From NCBI RefSeq assembly GCF_048403405.1, contig NZ_CP183130.1: 16,403 nucleotides of DNA; one strand, written 5' to 3'. The position numbers and the translations under genes are program-made. Below the pieces are notes generated by a model. It had not been told where the DNA came from, searched no databases, and worked only from the letters and a program-made list of their open reading frames with translations. This document shows positions 1 to 7,228 of the stretch, one piece after another (within the stretch, counting starts at the first letter, position 1; the number at the start of each line of letters is the position of its first letter). This DNA is from Escherichia coli. GTDB lineage: Bacteria; Pseudomonadota; Gammaproteobacteria; Enterobacterales; Enterobacteriaceae.

Positions 1-67
1 AAAGAAGAGGACGCAACAGCGTCCTTTAACAGAGTTCAGTTCTTATTCATCATCCGGAAACAAGTTC

Positions 68-472
68 TTAATGTTGTTTCTTGTTTCCAGGAGATTCTGA
101 TCGACTGGAGCAGTATATTTCTTGCGTAGCAGAATCAACCGCAGGCAGGATCGCTTTTGCATTATTACCAGCAGACTGCAGAAATGCCTCCAGCAAACGA
201 ACGACTTCACCATTTTCCTGTTGTGGTAGCGTACTACTGATAATTCGTTGAATATCCTGCATAGACGTGCTGTCTGTCAGGAATTCAGCTATCAGGAACG
301 GCAATCGTTCATCCTGCTTCATCAATGCAGCACCACACAACATCATGGCCCGCATTGCCCGACCACGTTCTTTCTGAGGCAATTTTTCAAGAAACCTGTC
401 AGCCACCCGATCAGCTGCATTTCGTTCCGGATAAATATAAAAAGAGCACTTACGATTATCAGCCATACTCAT
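68..472 (-). CDS. parR: ParR/StbB-like centromere-binding adaptor of a type II (actin-like) partition system
   Basis: 134-aa ORF directly downstream of parM with a 4-nt ATGA start/stop overlap. Translation (KERGRAMRAMMLCGAALMKQDERLPFLIAEFLT) resembles plasmid R1 ParR as I recall it. Family assignment is from memory, not a search. Confidence 0.8.
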   Translation of the reverse strand: MSMADNRKCSFYIYPERNAADRVADRFLEKLPQKERGRAMRAMMLCGAALMKQDERLPFLIAEFLTDSTSMQDIQRIISSTLPQQENGEVVRLLEAFLQSAGNNAKAILPAVDSATQEIYCSSRSESPGNKKQH

Positions 473-1449
473 CCCTTCATTGCCATCATTCCCAACACCA
501 GATCGAACTGAGGATTGTCACTGACAAAGAAACGGTTATCACCCACTCCTGTCGCTTTTTTTACTGCCCCAGCCACAAGGCTGGCACCACCGCCAACAAC
601 CATAACATGAGTAAAACCAGCAAAGCGTCCTACTGAATCCGCCACACGATAATGCAGTTTTTTTTCCCGGTCACGTAATACTGTCAGGATCCGCTCACGC
701 TGTTCTGCATTCGGGATATAACGGGTCAGGAATTCATTGTCATCCCGGCCCTGGATTAGACGATCTGCAAAATAAGAACTGGTTCGTGTACTCACATTCA
801 CATCCATCGCATGCTTAACTGCTTCAGTAATGATGGAGACGCCAGTCTTGGGGTCACAATAGGTTTTTGTGAAACCTGACATTTTGCTGCGGACATGTGC
901 AATATCAAGGGTCGTTCCACCGATATCAACAATCAACAGCGACTCCAGATCATTCAGATCTTTCAGCACGTCAAAACCGGCAGGCACGGACTCAGGCAAG
1001 ACACTGACTTTACGAATGGTAAAGTTTTCACGCCCCTGAACTGTTACAGTTCGCCGGACATTATTTTTCTTACGTTCGATATTAGCCAGATTTGGCTGAT
1101 CGTTCTCATCCAGATACTCACCTAAAGGTAAAGTCACAACAATATCAACAGGTTGTGGAGCAATACCTGACTGCATCAACGCATGATGAATAGCAACCAC
1201 ATTAACGTCGCTGTACTGATAACGCGTTTCTGTGGTGCGCACTGCATCCGGACTCAATTGATCAAAGCTGTATTTTTCTCCATCAATCTCATAGTTTGCG
1301 GAAGCGGGTACAGTGGCATCAGTCAGTCCCTGCAGCGTCATAGACCATTCCGGCTTAAAACTATTCGGACTAATTAACGTTTTCACTGCACCGTCTTCAA
1401 CCCAGGCCAGTTTGATGTTGGTAGAGCCGTCGTCTACAAAGATACGCAT
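469..1449 (-). CDS. parM: ParM/StbA actin-like partition ATPase
   Basis: 326-aa ORF; N-terminus MRIFVDDGSTNIKLAW and internal LLIVDIGGTTLDI, HVMVVGGGA motifs match actin-fold ParM of R1/R100. GAGG RBS 7 nt upstream of the ATG. Confidence 0.9.
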   Translation of the reverse strand: MRIFVDDGSTNIKLAWVEDGAVKTLISPNSFKPEWSMTLQGLTDATVPASANYEIDGEKYSFDQLSPDAVRTTETRYQYSDVNVVAIHHALMQSGIAPQPVDIVVTLPLGEYLDENDQPNLANIERKKNNVRRTVTVQGRENFTIRKVSVLPESVPAGFDVLKDLNDLESLLIVDIGGTTLDIAHVRSKMSGFTKTYCDPKTGVSIITEAVKHAMDVNVSTRTSSYFADRLIQGRDDNEFLTRYIPNAEQRERILTVLRDREKKLHYRVADSVGRFAGFTHVMVVGGGASLVAGAVKKATGVGDNRFFVSDNPQFDLVLGMMAMKG

Positions 1450-1560
1450 CTAGAACCTCACATAAATAAAATGGATTTTTTTAGAAAAATACGAGATCAA
1501 AAACGATTATCACCTAAAACAACGTATCGGTAAAGACCTGATATCGGCCACAAATGGAAA

Positions 1561-1660
1561 AATAAAGAAAAACACAGACAAAAACCGACACCAACAGCAC
1601 AAAAGAGAACAAACAAGAACAAATAAAGATAAACACTGATGAAATCCAGAAAAAACTCAA
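1561..1660. repeat. Putative parC-like centromere: about ten A-rich units with ~10-bp periodicity (approximate consensus AAACAAGAAC) upstream of parM
   Basis: Chunking 1561-1660 into 10-mers gives related units (aacacagaca, aaaaccgaca, aaaagagaac, aaacaagaac, aaacactgat ...). Position upstream of parMR is where ParR-bound iterons are expected. The repeats are degenerate and were aligned by eye only. Confidence 0.35.
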
Positions 1661-1786
1661 AGCTTCATATACAATGTCAGTAATTCATCCTCTGACGCCA
1701 CCACTACCTCCAGCCAAAATGAGCGGGTAAGATATCCGGAGCCTTATAGTCAGGAGGCTTCTACAGGAAAGCTGATGAGGAAGAGA

Positions 1787-2122
1787 ATGCGAACGATCAC
1801 CACACGTGAACAGTTATTAGTGAACGGAAAAGTCAGGGAACGGATTGCCACACATATCGTGACAGGCGCTCACGGGTATGAAACGCTTTGCACAAGTGGT
1901 TATAACTTACAATACAATAAGGAACGGGTACTGATTGAAAACTGCGAAAAGGTGGCTGATGGAGAACTGCCTGTCACCTGCCACACTTGTTTCTCTATAT
2001 GGCAGGATGTACACCGGTTCAAACCTGGTGACTTTGACACAGAATCAGGAAAGGGAAATTTCACTGATACGGAGCTCACGAAAATCACAATTGGACAAGA
2101 AAAAACGCCGAATGCGTGTTGA
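1787..2122 (+). CDS. Hypothetical small Cys-containing protein (start ambiguous, 1775 or 1787)
   Basis: ORF 1775..2122; the second in-frame ATG at 1787 has a GAGGAA RBS. Product has a CHTC pair and further Cys residues. No family recognised. Confidence 0.4.
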   Translation: MRTITTREQLLVNGKVRERIATHIVTGAHGYETLCTSGYNLQYNKERVLIENCEKVADGELPVTCHTCFSIWQDVHRFKPGDFDTESGKGNFTDTELTKITIGQEKTPNAC

Positions 2123-2173
2123 TGTGCCGCGTCAGCCGGCGCAGTAAAAAGAGGAGCATGGCGACATCCTTTA

Positions 2174-2203
2174 CCGGAAAAGAAACGGGCGGTTGCCCGC
2201 CCG
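2174..2203 (-). terminator. Intrinsic terminator-like hairpin downstream of the 323-aa minus-strand gene
   Basis: Perfect 7-bp GC stem CGGGCGG/CCGCCCG (2186-2192 and 2197-2203) with a 4-nt loop; on the minus strand it is followed by TTTCTTTTCC (plus 2174-2185). Confidence 0.45.
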
Positions 2204-2216
2204 TCTCCGTCATACT

Positions 2217-3143
2217 TCATCCACCGTAATGCGCCACCTTGTCGACTATCCACGCAGGTCCGGTGACTTCCGGCAGCTCATCATCATCTGTCGGGGAAGA
2301 CCATTCCAGCTCCCCCCACAGCACATCAACAAGCTCTCCGCGCTCATACAACTGCCAGCCACAGAAATCACAGCCCTGTTCGGCATACCAGTGCTCCAGC
2401 GTGCAGCTGAAACGGCGGCTTAATTCTGCAATAACGTCGCTTTCCGGCTGACACCACGGCGTGTCGAAATCAACCTGAATGAAGTTGTCTCCCTGACTAC
2501 TGATATTCAGGTCATACCCACAAGGCCACTTCACGCCATACCGTTCTGTATACCAGTGATATGCAGAAGGAACACCGTTCAGAACACCGCCGTTAAAGCC
2601 ATTCACTTCAATATCCAGGCGGGTCGGCAAAACCGTCAGCAGGTCAAACGGCATGGTTTTTTCCGGCAGTACGTTGTCACACAGACGGTTCCACCACACC
2701 GATACATCCTCGTTACCCCAGATGTCACACCAGTCACCTCTTTTTGCGGTGAAATGCACAGTGATAGTTTCCCTGACATCATCCGGTAACTCTTCCCAGC
2801 GACGCTGTCCAGTACCGCTCTGCAGCCAGAGTTCATGCAGCATCAGGCAGTTTTGCTCATCCAGCAGTACACCGTTCTGCAGGTGTGTCAGCCAGCGGGT
2901 GAACGCGATATTTTCCGGTGATACAGCACCACGTCCGGCAGCCGTCACTCCGGGGCACTGCTCAGAGCGGATATTTTCAGTGATCTGCAGAAGTCCGGCA
3001 CTTCCGGCCAGAAACAGCTGAATACCTTCATTTGTGGCGCGGCGATAAAGCGGTGTGACTGCACCGCTGGCCAGTCGTTTAATCTCAGCGATCTGTGCTG
3101 GTTCACCAGAAAAATACATACGATTCGAGCACCAGTTTGGCAT
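2217..3143 (-). CDS. Conserved-looking hypothetical protein (~308 aa), Trp/Cys-rich, function unknown
   Basis: ORF 2217..3188 minus; GAGGAG RBS sits 8 nt before the internal Met (MPNWCSNRMYF...), so the start is placed at 3143. Long intact ORF with an rho-independent-type hairpin after its stop. No family confidently recognised. Confidence 0.65.
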   Translation of the reverse strand: MPNWCSNRMYFSGEPAQIAEIKRLASGAVTPLYRRATNEGIQLFLAGSAGLLQITENIRSEQCPGVTAAGRGAVSPENIAFTRWLTHLQNGVLLDEQNCLMLHELWLQSGTGQRRWEELPDDVRETITVHFTAKRGDWCDIWGNEDVSVWWNRLCDNVLPEKTMPFDLLTVLPTRLDIEVNGFNGGVLNGVPSAYHWYTERYGVKWPCGYDLNISSQGDNFIQVDFDTPWCQPESDVIAELSRRFSCTLEHWYAEQGCDFCGWQLYERGELVDVLWGELEWSSPTDDDELPEVTGPAWIVDKVAHYGG

Positions 3144-3379
3144 GGGAATTCTCCTCTCACATGCGGCCTCCATCAGGCCGTGCCGCACCTGTAACCGGGC
3201 GACCGCATACGAATGCAGGTGCGGCCCCGAAGCCGCAGCGCGTGGAGGAGGAACGACGAAACGTGACCGGGTGAGGAGGCCGGCGACAGCGACACACTTG
3301 CATCGGATGCAGCCCGGTTAACGTGCCGGCACGGCCTGGGTAACCAGGTATTTTATTCACAGAACCGTGCGCAAAATGC

Positions 3380-3388
3380 TGTGGATAA
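3380..3388. promoter_or_regulatory. Perfect DnaA-box 9-mer (TGTGGATAA) in the GC-rich intergenic region upstream of the imp promoter
   Basis: Exact match to TTATCCACA on the complementary strand. A single 9-mer can occur by chance; function not established. Confidence 0.25.
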
Positions 3389-3466
3389 GCTGGACACAGC
3401 AGTCCACAGCAGGCATACAGCCACACTCCCAGAGAATTGAGCGTTTTTTAGTCACAATAATGACAT

Positions 3467-3515
3467 TTGACTGTGTGTGGATTCAGTTATTAGAATACTG
3501 TATATGCATACAGCA
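3467..3515 (+). promoter_or_regulatory. imp operon promoter (-35 TTGACT, -10 TAGAAT) with a LexA/SOS box TACTGTATATGCATACAGCA
   Basis: CTGT-N8-ACAG at 3498-3513 within TACTGTATATGCATACAGCA (3496-3515), close to the LexA consensus TACTGTATATATATACAGTA. TTGACT at 3467-3472 and TAGAAT at 3491-3496 with an 18-bp spacer. The box abuts the -10 and lies ~22 nt before the impC ATG. Confidence 0.8.
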
Positions 3516-3536
3516 ATAGAAAAGGGAGATGAGAAC

Positions 3537-3785
3537 ATGATCCGCATTGAAATTCTTTTCGACCGCCAGAGCACAAAAAACCTCAAATCAGGCACACTTC
3601 AGGCGCTACAGAATGAAATCGAACAACGTCTGAAACCACACTACCCGGAAATCTGGCTGCGTATAGACCAGGGCAGCGCCCCGTCTGTATCTGTCACAGG
3701 AGCCCGCAACGACAAGGATAAAGAACGTATCCTGTCTCTGCTGGAAGAAATCTGGCAGGACGACAGCTGGCTGCCTGCAGCATGA
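3537..3785 (+). CDS. impC: ImpC, small first gene of the impCAB SOS mutagenesis operon
   Basis: Internal ATG at 3537 with an AAGGGAG RBS gives 82 aa, the size I recall for ImpC of plasmid TP110. Stop overlaps the impA start (ATGA). Confidence 0.7.
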   Translation: MIRIEILFDRQSTKNLKSGTLQALQNEIEQRLKPHYPEIWLRIDQGSAPSVSVTGARNDKDKERILSLLEEIWQDDSWLPAA

Positions 3786-4219
3786 GTACCGTTTATCACC
3801 GTCCGGCTGACCCTTCAGGCGATGACAGTTACGTGCGACCGTTGTTTGCCGATCGTTGCCAGGCCGGTTTTCCTTCGCCTGCCACTGATTATGCTGAGCA
3901 GGAACTGGATCTGAACAGCTATTGCATCAGCAGACCTGCAGCCACCTTCTTTCTGCGCGCCAGCGGTGAATCGATGAACCAGGCTGGCGTGCAGAATGGT
4001 GATCTGCTGGTAGTGGACAGGGCCGAAAAACCACAACACGGGGACATCGTTATCGCTGAGATCGACGGTGAGTTCACCGTCAAACGACTGCTGTTGCGCC
4101 CACGCCCGGCACTGGAGCCGGTTTCAGACAGCCCGGAGTTCCGCACACTGTATCCGGAAAACATCTGTATTTTTGGTGTTGTCACTCACGTGATACACAG
4201 GACGCGGGAGTTACGCTGA
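3782..4219 (+). CDS. impA: ImpA/UmuD/MucA-family LexA-like self-cleaving accessory subunit of DNA polymerase V
   Basis: 145 aa; candidate Ala-Gly cleavage site (CQAGFP) and S24-peptidase-like GESM ... VKRL motifs. Translationally coupled to impC and impB. Confidence 0.9.
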   Translation: MSTVYHRPADPSGDDSYVRPLFADRCQAGFPSPATDYAEQELDLNSYCISRPAATFFLRASGESMNQAGVQNGDLLVVDRAEKPQHGDIVIAEIDGEFTVKRLLLRPRPALEPVSDSPEFRTLYPENICIFGVVTHVIHRTRELR

Positions 4220-5490
4220 TGTTTGCACTGGCTGATATCAACAGTTTCTACGCCTCATGTGAAAAAGTTTTCCGCCCGGACCTTCGCAACGAACCGGTCA
4301 TCGTACTCAGCAATAACGATGGCTGTGTGATCGCGCGCAGCCCGGAGGCAAAAGCCCTTGGCATCAAAATGGGGCAGCCCTGGTTTCAGGTGAGACAGAT
4401 GCGCCTGGAGAAGAAAATACATGTATTTTCCAGCAATTATGCGCTGTACCACAGCATGAGCCAACGGGTCATGGCTGTTCTGGAGTCGCTTTCTCCCGCA
4501 GTTGAGCCCTACTCAATTGATGAAATGTTTATTGATTTGCGGGGGATAAATCATTGCATCTCTCCGGATTTTTTTGGTCATCAGCTCAGGGAACAGGTAA
4601 AGAGCTGGACAGGACTCACCATGGGGGTGGGCATTGCGCCTACAAAAACGCTGGCTAAAAGTGCACAGTGGGCAACAAAGCAATGGCCACAGTTTTCCGG
4701 AGTGGTCGCGCTGACGGCAGAAAACCGTAATCGGACCTTGAAGCTACTGGGGCTGCAGCCAGTTGGTGAGGTCTGGGGAGTAGGACGCAGACTGACGGAA
4801 AAGCTGAATGCGCTGGGTATTAACACAGCACTGCAGCTGGCGCAGGCTAACACGGCATTCATCCGGAAAAACTTCAGCGTCATTCTTGAGCGTACGGTAC
4901 GCGAACTCAACGGCGAGTCCTGCATATCCCTGGAAGAAGCACCACCGGCAAAACAGCAGATTGTCTGTAGTCGCAGTTTTGGTGAACGAATCACAGACAA
5001 AGATGCCATGCACCAGGCTGTTGTTCAGTATGCAGAGCGGGCCGCAGAGAAACTACGTGGGGAGCGTCAGTATTGCCGGCAGGTGACGACATTTGTACGG
5101 ACATCCCCCTTTGCAGTAAAAGAACCCTGTTACAGCAATGCCGCTGTGGAAAAGCTTCCATTGCCCACACAGGACAGCCGGGACATTATTGCCGCCGCAT
5201 GCAGAGCCTTAAACCATGTCTGGCGTGAAGGGTACCGCTATATGAAGGCAGGAGTCATGCTGGCTGATTTCACACCATCGGGTATAGCACAGCCGGGATT
5301 ATTTGATGAAATCCAGCCCCGTAAAAACAGTGAAAAGTTAATGAAAACACTCGATGAACTGAACCAGTCGGGAAAAGGGACAGTGTGGTTTGCGGGGCGA
5401 GGAACCGCCCCTGAGTGGCAAATGAAACGGGAAATGCTTTCTCCTGCGTATACCACCAGATGGACAGATTTGCCAGTAGCCCAGTTATGA
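4219..5490 (+). CDS. impB: ImpB/UmuC/MucB-family Y-family translesion DNA polymerase
   Basis: 423 aa; N-terminus MFALADINSFYASCEKVFRPDL...VIVLSNNDGCVIARSPEAKALGIKMG is near-identical in pattern to UmuC. Start overlaps the impA stop. Confidence 0.9.
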   Translation: MFALADINSFYASCEKVFRPDLRNEPVIVLSNNDGCVIARSPEAKALGIKMGQPWFQVRQMRLEKKIHVFSSNYALYHSMSQRVMAVLESLSPAVEPYSIDEMFIDLRGINHCISPDFFGHQLREQVKSWTGLTMGVGIAPTKTLAKSAQWATKQWPQFSGVVALTAENRNRTLKLLGLQPVGEVWGVGRRLTEKLNALGINTALQLAQANTAFIRKNFSVILERTVRELNGESCISLEEAPPAKQQIVCSRSFGERITDKDAMHQAVVQYAERAAEKLRGERQYCRQVTTFVRTSPFAVKEPCYSNAAVEKLPLPTQDSRDIIAAACRALNHVWREGYRYMKAGVMLADFTPSGIAQPGLFDEIQPRKNSEKLMKTLDELNQSGKGTVWFAGRGTAPEWQMKREMLSPAYTTRWTDLPVAQL

Positions 5491-5512
5491 ATATGTAATC
5501 CACCCATAATAT

Positions 5513-5544
5513 TGTTATCTTGTTATCTTGTTATCTTGTTATCT
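5513..5544 (+). repeat. Upstream centromere-like iterons: four tandem 8-bp TGTTATCT (TTATCTTG-phase) repeats
   Basis: Direct reading: tgttatct x4 at 5513-5544, immediately after the impB stop and ~125 bp before parA. Confidence 0.7.
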
Positions 5545-5567
5545 TAATTAATCTATAAATCAAATAC

Positions 5568-5657
5568 TTAACAGCTTGTTAAGTTGTTAACATAACAAAA
5601 ATAATTGCATGGTTCGCGTTCAGATGGCAATATTAAGTTGTTAACTTAACAGCTTAA
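5568..5657 (+). promoter_or_regulatory. parA promoter/operator: two related near-palindromic sites built from GTTAAC-like half-sites
   Basis: Site 1 ttaacagcttgttaagttgttaac (5568-5591) and site 2 ttaagttgttaacttaacagcttaa (5633-5657) contain the same two motifs in swapped order. A candidate -35 TTGCAT (5606-5611) lies between them. Typical architecture for autoregulated small-ParA operons. Confidence 0.5.
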
Positions 5658-5669
5658 TATGAGGCTATA

Positions 5670-6296
5670 ATGATAATAGTATTAGGTAGTCAAAAGGGTG
5701 GGGTAGGTAAAAGTACACTGGCGGTATCTATAGCTGCGTATCTGATGTCACTAGGCAATAGAGTGATTATTGTCGACGCAGATGACCAGAAATCAGTATT
5801 AACCTGGTACAACAATCGCCCTGAAGATTTCCCTCATATTCCGGTTACAGGCGCGACAGGTAACATCAAAGCCATGTTAAAGGAACACGAAAAATCCTAT
5901 GATTTTGTTATTGCAGACTGTGCTGGCCGTGATAGCGCAGAAATGCGTAGTGGATTGATGGCCGCAGATGTATTCATTTCTCCTTTGCGCCCATCTCAGA
6001 TGGACCTGGATGTTGTGCCTCATACATGCTCCGTTTTTACAGCAGCAAAAGATTTTAATGAGGATGTTCGGGGATATCTCGTTTTAAACATGACGCCCAC
6101 AAATATGTTTGTTAATGAAGCCAATGAGGCAGCTGAAGTACTTAAGGATTACCCTGAAATGCATCTGGCAAACTCCCGGGTATGTGATCGTAAAGCACAT
6201 CGAGATGCTTGGGCCGAATCAATGACAATTTTTGAAACGCAAAATGATAAAGCCCAGCAAGAAATCGAAGCGTTAGTGAAAGAGGTTATTCTGTGA
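5670..6296 (+). CDS. parA: Small ParA/ParF-type Walker ATPase (type Ib partition)
   Basis: 208 aa; deviant Walker A GSQKGGVGKST near the N-terminus. Size and layout match ParF-like partition ATPases. GAGG RBS. Confidence 0.85.
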   Translation: MIIVLGSQKGGVGKSTLAVSIAAYLMSLGNRVIIVDADDQKSVLTWYNNRPEDFPHIPVTGATGNIKAMLKEHEKSYDFVIADCAGRDSAEMRSGLMAADVFISPLRPSQMDLDVVPHTCSVFTAAKDFNEDVRGYLVLNMTPTNMFVNEANEAAEVLKDYPEMHLANSRVCDRKAHRDAWAESMTIFETQNDKAQQEIEALVKEVIL

Positions 6297-6595
6297 GAAA
6301 TAGAGCAAACACTTCACCTCGTGACGAGGCAGCATTTATTAACGGTGGCACGGCTGGCCTTGATAATACCAAAAAGTCATCAGATAAATCATCGGTTGTA
6401 AGCAAAGCAAAACCAGTGAGTATTTCTTTTTTTGAAGAAAACCTAAAAGACATTGATGCCCTTATAACGGCTGAGATGGTTTCAGGTAAAGGCAGAGTGA
6501 ATCGTTCTGATGTTGTCAGGGCGGCGGTAGAAGCACTTAAAACACTATCAAAAACAGAGGTATCACGATTGATAGCAGAAGTAAAACAAAGATAA
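6293..6595 (+). CDS. Small partner protein of ParA (ParG/ParB-like centromere-binding protein, putative C-terminal ribbon-helix-helix)
   Basis: 100-aa ORF starting at GTG that overlaps the parA stop (GTGA), with AGAGG upstream. C-terminal RSDVVRAAVEALKTL resembles an RHH strand-helix; N-terminal half is low-complexity. Position fits a ParG-type adaptor. Confidence 0.6.
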   Translation: MRNRANTSPRDEAAFINGGTAGLDNTKKSSDKSSVVSKAKPVSISFFEENLKDIDALITAEMVSGKGRVNRSDVVRAAVEALKTLSKTEVSRLIAEVKQR

Positions 6596-6602
6596 CACCT
6601 TA

Positions 6603-6658
6603 CTATCTTGTTATCTTGTTATCTTGTTATCTTGTTATCTTGTTATCTTGTTATCTTC
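6603..6658 (+). repeat. Downstream centromere-like iterons: about seven tandem 8-bp TTATCTTG repeats, same orientation as the upstream set
   Basis: Direct reading: ctatcttg then ttatcttg x5 then ttatcttc at 6603-6658, starting 8 bp after the stop of the ParG-like gene. Confidence 0.7.
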
Positions 6659-7228
6659 AATGTATTTTAGGATGACCTATGTTGAATAGAACCTAAAACA
6701 AAACAAATATTAATAGGGGTCCGCTTGGAAAAGCGGAAATTTTCCCACGCTAAGAGAATTGAGTTGAACGAGTGGTTACATCCAGGCCAGCTAACTCACT
6801 GAACCCCGTACAGGATCAGACATTCGGTATCTCCTTCATCCTCTGAGGAAAACAAATGAATTAACTGCTTACGTATATGGATACATATACAGTATTAATT
6901 TATTAAGGAGAAAATGGCATGTCAAGATTTAATGATAGTGATTATCATTAACATGAAGTGATGTTACACCGTTCAGAAAGCCTGCTGACGCTGTGGCAGC
7001 ATCACAGTCTGAGTATTCTCTGGTGCAATACAAAAACCGGACTTTCCCGTAACAACAGACAATGTTACGGGAAAAGTTACAGAACTGAGCCACAAAATAT
7101 CTCAGTACCTGAGATGCATAAAAACACCGTACATATGTTTCTCAAAAGGGGGATGATCGTTATCCAGCCATTTCGGTGGATCGGTATGCAGAACACCAAT
7201 CTGCTTCATGCCGGTATGCTGCCTGGAT

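Noticed and set aside
248-636. 87-aa and 103-aa plus-strand ORFs overlapping parR/parM
   Set aside because: Antisense to well-supported partition genes; no RBS.
3055-3426. 88-aa plus and 89-aa minus ORFs in the GC-rich intergenic region
   Set aside because: Arg/Cys/Pro-rich translations, no RBS, and overlap with the divergent promoter region; more likely non-coding.
4581-5013. 142-aa and 89-aa minus-strand ORFs inside impB
   Set aside because: Shadow ORFs within a strongly supported UmuC-family coding sequence.
6523-6534. GGCGGTAG match to the 5' part of the RfaH ops element
   Set aside because: Lies inside the ParG-like coding sequence, lacks the 3' TG of the ops consensus (GGCGGTAGnnTG), and is far from the NusG-paralog target region; probably chance.
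5513-6658. Tandem short repeats considered as a possible CRISPR array
   Set aside because: Units are 8 bp, directly abutting with no spacers, and flank a ParA cassette; they are centromere-type iterons.
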